This document shows positions 1 through 12,358 of a stretch of 64,000 bases of DNA, piece after piece. The notes beneath the pieces were generated by a model, which worked only from the letters and a program-made list of their open reading frames with translations, searched no databases and was not told the DNA's origin. Every line of letters begins with the position of its first letter. The stretch's first letter is position 1. The position numbers and the translations under genes were made by a program. This DNA is from Octopus sinensis (taxonomy: Eukaryota), in assembly GCF_006345805.1 (NCBI RefSeq), contig NC_043008.1, positions 51,956,001-52,020,000 of the forward strand, in the 5' to 3' direction.

Positions 1-351
1 TGAGACTACAATCAAGGCTTATGCCACATCGCATCACTTTTTCCTAATTCTTATCAATTTCTTTTGGATATCTTCATTGCTTAAAGGCAAGAATATTGTC
101 ACATTGATATGTGGTTCAGGAATAAATTATATTCAACTGTTGATGTCTTTGAATGAAAGTACTTCAAACCAAGTTGCTTTAGATTAATCAGTTTGAGAAT
201 AAGTTTTAGATGCATCTTGGGTAAGTTACCTATTGTTATTGATTAGTATGCTATCCTGGATGAGATTTGTTTTGTATCTTTTTTTAATAAAATCTTGAGT
301 TAAGCATTCATGTAGCTCTAGAGAGGGTTAACTTTTAGATATTTTGATTAG

Positions 352-725
352 GTAGATACATGTGGTTAAGAAGCTTGCTTCTCACCTATATTGTCTCACT
401 GAATGGCACTTTGGGCAAGTGTCTTCTATTGCCCTAAGTTGAGTAGAGTTTTGGGAATGGATTTGGTTGATGGAAATTGAAAGAAGCCTGCCGTGTGTGT
501 TTGTGTGTATCCTTGTCTTGATATCATATGATGCTTATAAATGAGCATCACTATACAGATGTTGTTTTCCACAGAAAATTGGAAATAAACATGTTTGGGC
601 ATGGGGAAATATTACCTTTGTTGGAAACAGGTGAGGGTTGGTGACAAAAATGAGTGTCCGGCTGTAGAAAATCTGCCTCAACAAAGCATGGAAAAGTGGA
701 TATTAGATGATTATGATGATTATTT
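352..725 (+). mobile_element. Old tRNA-derived CORE-like SINE with RTE-type 3' tail
   Basis: Degenerate head TGTGGTTAAGAAGCTTGCTT, core GGCACTTTGGGCAAGTGTCTTCT, internal (TG)n, tail AGCATGGAAAAGTGGATATTAGATGATTATGATGAT. Confidence 0.8.
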
Positions 726-1034
726 GCATCTGTTTTTTGACATAGGAAGGCATGTATCCTGGTGTTTAGGCTGTTGGACTTAGAATTATGTGGATGTGTG
801 TTTGATTTCTTGACTATTAAGTTCCTGGGCAAGGCACTCTATATTTCTCCACTCTATTTGAGATGTATCTGGTGCAGAGCATCATCTCATAGACTATTGA
901 CCATAATCTTGTAAAATCTGTTGTATACTGGATAATGATCTCATAACACATGGCATCAGATAATTTTCAAGTCTTAGTTTCTCTCTTATCTTACCAAAAA
1001 CTCACTTTTGAATTTGTATTAAATAATACTCTCA

Positions 1035-1257
1035 ACACTTTAGCATTTAAACTGGACATATCCAGGCCAGATATTCTACCTGTTTTGTACTGGCCAGATC
1101 CTGCCTCTCACACTTAACCTTACAATACCATTAAAAAAATAAATAAACAATTAGCTCCTTGAAATCTCAAAGGTGTGAAATCATGCAGGATTAATTCAAA
1201 GCAATGTGAATAAAGAAGCATTACATTTGTTAGAGTAATCTGAATTCTAAAGGGTTA
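1035..1257. mobile_element. TTAA-flanked piggyBac-like MITE, family 1 (degenerate)
   Basis: CACTTTAGCATTTAAACTGG...TAAAGGGTTAA; matches the cleaner copy at 22846-23067. Confidence 0.75.
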
Positions 1258-1304
1258 ATATTCCTGTCTAATCATTGTAGCTATTATGAGAATGCTTTCA
1301 GCCT

Positions 1305-1716
1305 TTTGTTTCAGTCTTTGAACTGTGGCCTTGCTAGGTTACCATCTTGATGGGTTTAAACAATGTAATCAGCTCCCAATTCTTGTTTTAAGCCTGCTAC
1401 TTATTCTATCAATTCTCTCTTTTTCTTTTTTCAAAACTGCCAGGTTTGGGAGATTTGAACAAACTTACAGTGGTGCTAAGTGCTGAAGATCAATCACAAA
1501 CCTACACCTCCCTCTCTTTCTCACATTTCATGTGTGTGTACATACACACCCATATACACACACACTAGCATGCACACATTGGGCTTCTGCACAGTTCCTC
1601 CCTTTCAAATTCAACCACAGCGCATTGGTTGACCTAGAAGAAGGCACACAGTGAAACTGGACCTGAAACCATGTGGTTGCAGTGCGAAACTTGTAAACCA
1701 CACAGCCATGCCTGCA
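1305..1716 (-). mobile_element. Old CORE-like SINE
   Basis: Reverse-orientation match to the young copy at 39224-39615 (TTGTTTCAGTCTTTG...ACCACACAGCCATGCCTGCAC). Confidence 0.75.
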
Positions 1717-2303
1717 CTTATGAACTAAATATATTTAACTGTTAAACTCTATCACTTTCCACACATACATCATATTAATACAGAATGAAAGCATTAAACA
1801 GTGTTTTTCTCCATGACAAAATACAGCATATTTGACTTGGTAACAAGTTAGTACGTCATACTAATATACAGGCATATATTTCGGAAACTTATTGTGAATT
1901 GACTACTAATTCAGTTGTAAGCAATTTTCCTAATGTTAGACAATATTTTAATTTGAAGCAGAAAAGTGCAAGATTCACCTAAGGATCTTTTTCTCTATTC
2001 TTTTATCCCCATACAAGTCTTTTGGTACTACCATGATAGATTCTCATATTATACTTTTCTATGGCCCTACTGATCTGTTAAATGTTACTATAATGTATTT
2101 TACCATTTACTTTAAAATCTCAATTTTAATTTGATTCATGGCAGTATATTCCCAATTGCATACATCAAACCATGGCTGGATGTTAAGTGGAAAAACCTTC
2201 TTGCAAACATCAAATAACTTTAAAGTTATCCTGTAGTGTGAAAATAGCTGTACACACAGGCATTCACACTCCTACTTGTTATATACACAGCTTAGAAGGA
2301 ACT

Positions 2304-2620
2304 CGTCATCATCGTTGTTTAACGTCCATTTTCCATGCTGGCATGGGTTGAATGGTTTGACTGAGGGCTGGCAGACCAGAAGGCTGCACCAGGCTCCAAT
2401 CTGATCTGGCAGAGTTTCTACAGCTGGATACCCTTCCTAACGCCAACCACTCCGAGAGTGTAGTGGGTGCTTTTTATGTGCCACTGGCATGAGGGCCAGT
2501 CAGGTAGTATTGGCATTGACATGCTTGAATGGTGCTTTTTATGTGCCACCGGCACAGAACCAGTCAGCTGGCACTGGCATTGACCATGCTTGAATGGTGC
2601 TTTTTATGTGTCACTGGCAC
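2304..2620 (-). mobile_element. RTE LINE 3' UTR / tail-derived element
   Basis: CATCATCGTTGTTTAACGTCCATTTTCCATGCTGGCATGGGTTG start; tandem subrepeats GGTGCTTTTTATGTGCCAC. Confidence 0.85.
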
Positions 2621-2772
2621 TCTGTATATAATACTACAGACCAATTTGGATTTGAACTCCATGACAAATGCCATGCTTATGCAGCTGACTTTTCAAAGCC
2701 AAACCACAATCTTCTCTCTGATACCAACTATTTAGCTGAGCCTTACAGGTTTTTAAGTTGGGTCTTCTGAAA

Positions 2773-3025
2773 TCATCATCATCATCATCATTGTTTAACG
2801 TCTGTTCTCCATGCTAGCATGGGTTGGATGGTTCGACCGGGGATCTGGGAAGCCAGAAGGCTGCACCAGGCTCCAGTCTTATCTGGCAATGTTTCTACAG
2901 CTGGATGCCCTTCCTAACGCCAACCATTCCGTGAGTGTAGTGGGTGCTTTTTACGTGCCACCTGCACAGGTGCCAGGCGAGGCTGGCAACGGCCACGGTC
3001 GGATTGGTGCATTTTACGTGCCACC
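2773..3025 (-). mobile_element. Young RTE-tail element (5'-truncated)
   Basis: (CAT)n tail, near-identical reverse complement of 18319-18600, CpGs retained. Confidence 0.9.
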
Positions 3026-3769
3026 GAAATTTTAAAAGAAATAACATTATATTGTGAGGCCATTTTTAGTGTTAATTGTTATCAACAAACAGCATGAGAT
3101 TATCTCTCTGTAAGGTTGTTGCTATCACTTCAAAAAGTTAATCAACCACTTTTCCATTACCTCATACATGATTACCTGCACCAAGCAGTGACTAAACCAC
3201 TTAAATAACACAACTGACCATTTACTTTCAGATAAACCAATCAATGTTCTGTTGTTTTGTCTCCTCTCACCAGTCACTACATTCAGTCTCTATGGAGTTC
3301 CTTTACTCACCTGCACATATATTATCTTTATTTATCTTTTGCTTGTTTCAGTTATCAAACTGGCCATGCTGGGGCACCACCTCCAAGAGTTTTAACTAAA
3401 CAGCTCTTAGTGTTTATTCTATTGGTCTTTTTGATGAACTACTAAGTTACTGGAGTGTAAACAAACACTAGTTGTCAAGCAGTGGTGAGGGAGAAATATA
3501 CACACTCAAAAACACTATCATCATCATCATCATCATCTCCACTTCTCTCTGCTTGCTTGAGTCAGATGGAGTAAGGCGGTTTTTCTACTACTGGATCCCT
3601 TCCTATAACCAACCTTCCCCTTTTGCCAAATAAGGTAATATTTCTCTTTGGCCAGACATGCACACACGTAATATTAGAAATGGATAACACTACTTGTATG
3701 ACTTAGACACTCATTTACAACTATCATGTGATGTCAAGACAAGGAGATACAGATGCATATATGTATATA

Positions 3770-4160
3770 TATGGTGCTCTTTACACGTCACTGGCACAGA
3801 TGCCAGATATGCGACACTGGCGTTGGCCATAACTATGATTTCACTTGGCTTGCTGGTTCCTTTCATGCACAGCATGTTACCCAATGTTTGAAGGGTGCCT
3901 TTTACGTGCCACTGGCATGACACTGCCATTGGTCATGACTGCAATTTCACTTGGTTTGATGGGGTCTTCTCAAGCATGGGATATTCCCATAGCTCTTGGT
4001 CACTTGTCATTGCTTCCATGAAGCCCAATGTCCGAGATCATGCTTTATCACCTCGTCCCATGTCTTTCTAAGTCTACCTCTTCCACAAGGTCCATCCACA
4101 GTTAGAGATTTGTACTTCACACAGGTCATGCCAGCATGGAAAATGGATATAAGATGATGA
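3770..4160 (-). mobile_element. RTE LINE ORF2 C-terminus plus 3' UTR, followed by a + strand terminal tail
   Basis: Minus translation LTVDGPCGRGRLRKTWDEVIKHDL fits the RTE C-terminal GRPRKTW motif; + strand CATGCCAGCATGGAAAATGGATATAAGATGATGA follows at about 4127-4160. Confidence 0.8.
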
Positions 4161-4347
4161 TATATATATATATGCACACACACACACACACACACGCATG
4201 GTGCGATGAATGAATTGTTGTCTAAATTATGCAAAAATGAAAATATCACTGACATCTCATTTTAACAGATATATTTACCAAAATTACATAAAAATATCTT
4301 GGAAAACTAAAGAGTAAATCTATTCAATAAAATTGCCATTGGCTTCA

Positions 4348-4480
4348 ACCTGCCGGAGCTCCATGGACCTTTAGGTGTTTTCGCTCAATACACACTCACA
4401 ACACCCAGTCTTGGAATCGAAACCACGATCCTGCAACCGCAAGTCCGCTGCCCTAACCACTGGGCCATTGCGCCTCCACA
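4348..4480 (-). mobile_element. tRNA-derived SINE head (separate family)
   Basis: Minus strand GGAGGCGCAATGGCCCAGTGGTTAGGGCAGCGGAC...GGTTTCGATTCC has Pol III A and B box-like motifs, then non-tRNA body. Confidence 0.75.
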
Positions 4481-5415
4481 CACACATATATATGATGGGT
4501 TTCTTTCTGGTCTTCTTTCAATTTCTGTTTACTACATTCACTTACATGATTTTGGTCTAGAAGACACTTGCCCAAGGGGCTAGACTGTGAGACTTTACCT
4601 AAGATTCTATGGTTGGGAAGCAGACATTGTAGTGGTGTTGATTCCTTTCTTATCATGTTTTCTCTCTGTCTCATCTGTTACACTTCAACTGTTGCAGTGA
4701 TTTTTTTTAATTATTTTATTTTTCATTTGATGATAGCTGTCCTAATAAATTTCTTTTATTTTTACTTTTTCCAAGCTGGTATGGGTTGGTCAAGACTTCT
4801 TGAGACAGTATTCTGTAGGCAAGATGCCCTTCCAATGTCAGTCCTTGTTTTCAAGTAAGGTCTTGTAATCCATGCCTTCATATATTTGAACTACTGCTGG
4901 ACATTTATATTTATGAGTGACATAAACAACCACTGCCAAAGGATCCCCTAATCTTCCTCCTCATCATCACCATTTAATGTCCACTTTCATGCTAGTATGC
5001 ATTGGTGAATAGTTTGACAGGATCTGGCAAGCTACAGAGCTGTGTTGAATCCCAATATCAGCTTTGACATAATGTTTATGGCTGGATGCCCTTCCTACTG
5101 ATAACTGGCACTAGTGAGGCTGCCAAGTAACTTGCAAGACAAGAAAAGAACAAAAAGGAAAAAAACCTCCTTGACTAAATGGTGTGTGTGCGAGTGTATG
5201 TGTTAGTATTTGAGAGAGGAGGAGGGACAATGGTTCTATGCCTGGTGTTGAGAAACTAAAGTATTGTGAAGAGATGAGCCCAGATATTTTGCTGTAGAGA
5301 AGATACAAAGCTACTGTCTTGCTTTAGAGGAGATACAAGGCTACTTTGAATTCTAGTTTTTTTTTTAGCTTTTGGAATTTCTTCTTTGGCACAAGTTTTA
5401 AACATAAAGCAATTT

Positions 5416-6343
5416 ATTCAATCACTGATATAATTGATGTTTCATTTCAGTGTCTTCTGTCATCTTGTGGGCAGATCCATTATTCCCAGCTCAAAGAATT
5501 TCTTGTCTTTACTGGTGATGAACTCTTCCAGGTGAAGTTTTACATCCTTCTCTGAGCTGAAGGTCAGTTCATTCAATGAATTTCGAAGAGAGGCTGGGTG
5601 ACTATGGAAGGTGAGGCAAAACTTCCTAGCCAAGCCCCAGTAACAATGTCCTTTATGATTGGCAAACTCTTGAGGCTTGTGGTGGATTGTTGCATTTAAT
5701 TTGCCCAGCTGGGCACAGTTCATATCCAAATTGATGGTCCTGTTCATAGGAAGATTCTTATGCAAGACAATACCCTTCCAATCCCATCAAATTGAAAATA
5801 TAACCTTCTTTGGGTGAAGTCTTGCTTTGTAGGTTGTTTATGGTAGTTCATCATGATCGTTTGCTATTCACATTGTTATAGACAATACATTTTTCATTAC
5901 CTTTCACCATACTCTTCAAAAAAGGATTTTCTTCACACATTTGCAACAAATCATGCGTTGGGTCTTGTTCTCCTCATTCAGTTGATGTGGGACCCAAATA
6001 TCAAGCTTGCTGACATATAACCAAGTTGATGCAGATAGTTTTCAGCACTTGATTTGGATATTTAAAGAATATCTGGCAATCATCCTGGTTGTATAACAGG
6101 GTGTGGTGTCAACTAATTCCTTCACTAGGTTGCTGTTAATCTCAGGTGGCTGGTGAGAGCAAAGTGCATCTTGAACAGAAAAATTTCCCAATTGAAATCT
6201 TGAACAATCACTTACAGCACGCATTCTGTACAGAGAGGACACTGTACAAGATACATATCTCCCTGCAGTTTTCCATTGCTCTCTTGCCGTTTTTAAAATT
6301 AAAAAAAAAATATTTCGACATGTTACCGTTTTTGGTTTTCCAT
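5416..6343 (-). pseudogene. Decayed mariner-family transposase
   Basis: Minus-strand pieces MENQK..., SRFQLGNFSVQDA, SKLDIWVPHQLNEENKTQR (WVPHEL motif), PFLKSMVKGNEKCIVYNNV (first catalytic motif, degenerate), DVKLHLEEFITSKDKKFFELGIMDLPTR; stops, frameshifts and loss of the YSPDLAP segment. Confidence 0.9.
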
Positions 6344-6471
6344 TTCCAAGGTGATCATAAGTACAAGCCTGTTTTGTTGCAAGGTTTCCTGGATCTATGT
6401 TAGTGTGTCAGAATATCTATGTCTGAATATGGTCAACCCAATATATTTGCATATATAACTGAAAATGAGCT

Positions 6472-6472
<1 letters not shown>

Positions 6473-6526
<54 letters not shown>
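6473..6526. repeat. (TA)n microsatellite
   Basis: Perfect TA run. Confidence 0.97.
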
Positions 6527-6529
<3 letters not shown>

Positions 6530-7324
6530 ATACATTTACATATATTGTAAAATATATATATTTTCCCAACTAATTTTTAGCATGTATATATTGTAAAAAG
6601 AAAAAAGAATGATGCATGGTATAAGAGAGTAAAAGAGTGAATAGGGAAGAAGATTAATGATGTTGGCAGAGTAGATTTGTGTGTATGTGAAAGGGAAGTA
6701 AGGATGGTTAGAAATGGGGATAGAGGTGAATGGTGAAAGTGGGCTGAGGGGTGGTCAGTGGTAAATCTTAGTTTGTTAAGTAAAGGGAAGTAGGAGGGGG
6801 TTAGGAGGAGGTGATAAGTGGCAGTACATGAAAAAGGGTCTGAGAATGGTGGGAGGGTGGGAGTGTAATAAAACAAAATATAGATGAGAAATAGGGTAGA
6901 GATGTGAAGAAGGATACACAGTGACAAATGGAGGTCAGAGGTAAGCAGTGGTGGGGAGTGGATATCGCAAGTGACAAAAGGTGGTTAGTGCATTAATAGC
7001 TGAGTGTTTGAGAGAAAAGGGGTATTCTATGGAAAAGGGTTCTAATCTACATCATCAAAACATATGAGGAAAAAAGTCAAGATGGGTGACATATCTACTT
7101 CCCTCCCTAATTTTTTTTTCACATTAAATTCTGATGCAGTCATAATCTACACAATCTGAAAAGTATTTGTTGCAAAAACTTCTTAGGGAATAGCCATTTT
7201 TCAGAAAGTTATGAGGAAACAAAGACAGATGAAGGACACATTTGAGTAATTATGCTCTAAATTTATTTACTGAGCAAGTGAGTAGTATTAGATGAATAAA
7301 GGATACAAAGGAAGATTTATATCT

Positions 7325-7457
7325 AAGGGTATCCAGCCGTAAAAACACTGCCAGATCAGACTGGGCCTGATGCAGCCTTTTAGCTTCACAGACCCCAGTT
7401 GAACCGTCCAACCCATGCTAGCATGGAAAGTGGACGCTAAATGATGATGATGATGAT
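7325..7457 (+). mobile_element. RTE-tail element, short 5'-truncated copy
   Basis: AAGGGTATCCAGCCGTAAAAACACTGCCAGATCAGACTGG...GCATGGAAAGTGGACGCTAAATGATGATGATG. Confidence 0.9.
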
Positions 7458-7704
7458 ATAAAATTGGGTATTAAATGTGTAAAAATTTAGTGACTAACAA
7501 AAAGCACGAGAAGGGCTGTGTTGTTGTTGTTTGTGTATGTCTACACATACACATGATGGGGTTTGGTTATCCTGGGGCACAAGTAGGAGACATTTGCTCA
7601 AGATACTGCACAGTGTGACTGAACCTAAGACCACATCTTTGGGAAGCAAGCTTCTTAACCACATAGCTATATCTAAGTACTAATCAGGGACATTTTCCCA
7701 ACTA

Positions 7705-7920
7705 ATTTTTAGCTTTCAAATCGGCCATATCTGGTCAAAACATTATACCTGCTTTATGTCCAATCTAGCTAGATCAGGTCTCTCACACCTACCTACAATA
7801 TCATTCTAAAAAGAAACAATCACATCATTGAGATCTCAAAGATAATGTTTAATTAATTCAAAACAATATGAATAAACAAGGATTACTTATGATAAAGGTA
7901 GCTGAATGCTAAAGGGTTAA
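7705..7920. mobile_element. TTAA MITE family 1
   Basis: Body matches 22846-23067; ends GAATGCTAAAGGGTTAA. Confidence 0.8.
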
Positions 7921-8384
7921 TTATTCTTTCCACATATTTCACAAACTTCAATATTCACCATTTTATTTTCTTATTTGGACCAGTCTTCCATCTCCTTACA
8001 CTATAGAATTGGGTTGGTTTTGATGTATAAACTAAAAGTATTGATTTCTACAACTGTACCTGAGGGATCTCCAGCTTCCAGCATTCAGTTTCCTAATTCT
8101 CTTTATGTCAATATAAGTTGTATGATAGGTCCTTGCTTCATTTAGGTCAATACCAAGAGTCTCTCCTTATTTATCAGTCTCTTATGCTAACACTTGTACA
8201 TGGCCTTTCTAATATCTCCTTCTTCCTTTTCAGTACCAAAATGCCCCAGTCATTCCGTGCACAGTCTTATTTAATCACATCCTGCCTTTCACATTACTAA
8301 ACAGCGTGTTTTTAGAGTTTTTCTTTTTTTTTTTAATTCAATAATTTTCAAACACTGTACCTCTTGCCTTATATGTGTGTGTAT

Positions 8385-8415
<31 letters not shown>

Positions 8416-9164
8416 AAAACTGTGCATATACATGTGTGTGTGGTGTTGCCTTTAGCAACCAAATATATGTTTCTCCTGCTTCCTTTTTCCAGATTTATGT
8501 CTGTCTTTCTATTTAGTCAGTCTTGGAAACCTGCCTTCAAAATGCCATAACCATGTGTTCAATATATTATTGGCAGTCCTGCTATATTCAGTGTTTCATG
8601 TAAGGGTATTTTCTCACTGCTGATTTGCTTCATATGTCCTGATCAACATCATTGGTTTAAACATCCACTTTTTCATGCTTGTATAGTGATGGCATTCATT
8701 TACCATTAGTGCGTGGTATTAAAACATGAAGACACACAGACAAATATCAGTGTCTTCATGATCATATGTCCATATTAAGAAGGTTGCTTCCCAACCACAT
8801 GAGTTTCGGTTCAGTTCAGTCCCACTGCATGACATGTATCCCCTACTATTGTTCTCAATCAATCAAAGCATTGTGAATAGATTCTAAAGTCCCAAAGACT
8901 GTGTTGTATTTCAGTATTTTTTTTTATATGGTTTCTTATGGTTGGATGCCCTTCTTAATGCTAATCACCTTACAGTGCACTGGATGATTTTCTTTTCCTT
9001 TTGTTCCGCTAGCACTGGTGAAGCCATCATTCAGTTAGGCTATGAATGAGAGGTAGGGACAACCTTATTCTAGGGGGTAAAATGTGGGTAAATGTATGAG
9101 AGAAGGGGTCAATGTAGAAAAGGTTGCTTGCTGCAGAGGAGCTACATGGTTATCATTTACAAGA

Positions 9165-9584
9165 TATTAAGGTGGCAAATGGCAGATTCGTTACCGCGCC
9201 GGGCGAAATGCTTAACGGTACTTCGTCTGCTGCTACGTTCTGAGTTCAAATTCCGCCGGGGTCGACTTTGCCTTTCATCCTTTCGGGGTCGATTAAATAA
9301 GTACCAGTTATGCACTGGAGTCGATATAATCGACTTAATCCGTTTGTCTGTCCTTGTTTGTCCTGTCTGTGTTTAGCCCCTTGTGGGTAGTAAAGAAATA
9401 GGTACTTCGTCTGCCGCTACGTTCTGAGTTCAAATTCCGCCGGGGTCGACTTTGCCTTTCATCCTTTCGGGGTCGATTAAATAAGTACCAGTTACGCACT
9501 GGGGTCGATATAATCGACTTAATCTGTTTTTCTGTCCTTGTTTGTTCTCTCTGTGCTTAGCCCCTTGTGGGTAGTAAAGAAATA
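9165..9584 (+). mobile_element. Young Meta-domain-like SINE with tandemly duplicated body and 17-bp flanking direct repeat
   Basis: Two roughly 184-bp units (9217-9400, 9401-9584), each with GACTTTGCCTTTCATCCTTTCGGGGTCGAT; GGTTATCATTTACAAGA at 9148-9164 and 9585-9601. Confidence 0.9.
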
Positions 9585-10089
9585 GGTTATCATTTACAAG
9601 ACTTAGGTTGACCTGGTGCTATACTAGAAAATACTTGTCCAATGACATGGTTGTGAAACAAACTCCTAAATCACGCAGCCATGCCTTGGCACACATACTT
9701 GTGTATGTGTTTGTAATCTCACAGTTGAACATAACTTTCTAACTTTTACATTGAACAACTCCGATAAATTAGATCCCAAAAGATGACCTCCCCAGCTGTA
9801 GCACTACCACCAAATCTGCAACAAAAGAAACAAATTGGTTTTGTGTCTCAGTATTATCTAGGAAGTAATCATTATAGAATTATTTCTTGTGGATGAAATG
9901 TTACAAGAAGCTGATAATATTCTTTCGTGAAATGAAATATTTGTTTTAAAGTTAAATAGTTGACATTTCAAAAATTCAATAATATTGAAGGTTTATTCTA
10001 AATTTAATGAAATTCTGAAATTCTTTTAAATGTTACATAATCAAAATGCCATAAATTCCCTGTAATTTTATTCAGTCATACTATATAAT

Positions 10090-10133
<44 letters not shown>

Positions 10134-10502
10134 CTTGATGCATCATCTTATGAATTAAACAAAAAGCTACGATATGTATGACTTATTCAGTATTGTGCAA
10201 ATAATTTGTGTATCTAACTGACAAAAATGAATGAGTTGTAACAATGGCTTTCTCTTTCCCCCTCAACTTTTCTTTTTCTCAGAAAATATTGCCTTGGAAA
10301 CTAATATTGTATTATTACTTTCTTTGAAATTAATCAGAGAACTGAATAGAAACCATGTTTGAATAAGCTTGTAACTGTTTATGCAATTTTGTTTTCATTA
10401 AAAAGGGTCTGTTTTTGTTTATGTGAATTATAATTCCATCATACTCATTAGGTATACCTACTATTAAGTAAACTGTTTCATTGGGATTGATTTATTAACA
10501 GG

Positions 10503-10942
10503 CCCAAGCATGACTGTGTTATTCAGAAGTTTGCTTCTCAACCATATAGTTTCAGGTTCAGTCTCACAGTGTGGCACCTTCTGCAATTGTCTTCAACTGT
10601 AACTCTGGGCCTACCAAAGCCTTGTGAGTGGATCTAGTTGATGGAGACTGAAAGGAGACCATCATAATGTATACATTCAGATGTAAGTGTATGAATGTTG
10701 GTGTCTCCTTATCTTTACATTGCATGTTTGTTGAAAATGTGTGTCACTGTTGTACAAGCAGTATCATTCATTTTCAGTCTTCTGCACAAACATGTTCAGC
10801 CACGGAGAAATATTATTACCTTGTTTGGAATTAAGTGTGTGTTGGTAGTGGGAAGGGCACATATGACCATAGAGAATCTGCCCCAATAAATTCAGTCTGA
10901 CCCATGCAAGCATGGAAAAGCAGATGTGAATATGATGATTAA
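10503..10942 (+). mobile_element. Old CORE-like SINE with RTE-type tail
   Basis: Head, core and tail motifs as in 352-725. Confidence 0.8.
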
Positions 10943-11774
10943 TTTGATAATGGAAAAAAAAGAAAAAAAAAGAAAGAAAGAAATGAAAATAAGCATGGGA
11001 GAAGGAATTAGCAGTAACTATTCTTCTGTGTAAGTTGGTGGATTCAGGTTGTGTAAAATGATGAAACACTTGGTCCATTCTCTAGATTCCTGTTTTACTT
11101 TTCAAGGAATTATCTCAACTTGATTTCAGAGTTTCTGATTTCAATATTTTCCAAGCTAATTATAATGACTTATTACATTTGATAACGATCACTTCACATA
11201 TTCTCCCCATAATGTCCACACTGATCACAGTACAATCTATATGCACAACCTAGGCACCTCCTGCCAAATCTGTATTGTCTTTGTGGAAAGAGATTTCAAA
11301 AAACATCCTGAAACAGAAACCTGTCAATGTGGTCTTCTTCATTCATACAAGCACACAATAGTTTCAGCATCAAGAAAGTGCTTTATTATCCCTTATCATT
11401 TAAATATCAGGAAAAGAAAAACAAAAACAAAAAAATACATGTTACTTGAATCCCTATGGGTCACTACAAGTGCTAGGCCTTACTTGAGTTGAGGGAAATT
11501 CACAACCTCAACAAAGCCAAAACTGTATTGCAGAGACTGGACCTTCCACTTCATAAACAAAATATACCTCTGTTTCCAGTAATTATTAACTTTCTCAAAT
11601 ACTCAGGTGACATCCATGCAGAGTACTGTGCCTGTATCCAAGAAACAGCTGCTGTTATGTATAAAGTGTGTGTGTGTGCACGCATGCGCACACTGTCATA
11701 ATGTACATCCACTGTTCTTAGACCAGTTATTGTAGTAATTGTCCTGAGATGACATCTTATGGATATACTGTATA

Positions 11775-12358
11775 AAGGAGTTTTGTTGGTCTCTCACTCA
11801 ACTGCATTCCACACATAATAACCAAGGAGGTTGCAGTCTGAGGAGTTAGGTGGCCAGTTGTTAGAAGTGGTGTGGTTGCAGAAATTGCCTGACCGCCATG
11901 ACTGGGTTCTCCTGCTTGTATGGCCTGGTGCAGAATCCTGTTGCCAGATAGGGTCTAACAGCAGCCACCCTCTTGCTCCAGGGCAGCACTACCTCTTCCA
12001 GGCACTTGATGTAGACCTCTGTGTTGGAAGATTTTATGGAAGCATAATGTTGCCATCACTAGTGATCACTCCAAGCACCATGATGTTGACTGGATGTTTG
12101 AGTTTTTATCACTCTTTGTACATGTCCGCAGATTGCACTGTCGTAAGATTGACACTGAAACACTCTGAAATGTTGGTGTTGGTGCTTCTAGTGCAAATGC
12201 CAAGCAGTACAGCATTTCGTTTCCATATTGGTGCTATTTTTCTCACAGATGGTGCCCAACTGACCCTACGATACTGTGTAGTCAACAAAATCAAAAACAA
12301 TGTGAATGAGCAAAATTAAAAATATAAAATGGTGACAATTTACCCATCTCCTCCTGTA
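11775..12358 (-). pseudogene. Internally deleted maT-type (DD37D) Tc1/mariner transposon relic
   Basis: Minus translation WQQDSAPGHTSRRTQSWRSGNFCNHTTSNNWPPNSSDCNLLGYYVW has 37 residues between QQD and the mutated last acidic position; right end ...CCTGTA resembles a TIR plus TA. Confidence 0.8.

Noticed and set aside
2460-2620. Short repeats with intervening sequence, superficially CRISPR-like
   Set aside because: The intervening parts are also repeated, they are RTE 3' UTR subrepeats, the context is eukaryotic and there are no cas genes
2811-3035. Recurrent ORF MLAWVG...LDALPNANH (also 18257-18562, 24842-25105, 56856-57044) resembling a small gene family
   Set aside because: It is the antisense reading of the RTE 3' tail repeat
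8480-8606. Possible exon TTCCAG|...CAT|GTAAGG
   Set aside because: Only one frame is open, the peptide is unremarkable and the composition is intron-like
11831-12319. Longest ORF in the window (162 aa, + strand)
   Set aside because: It is the antisense frame of the decayed maT transposase
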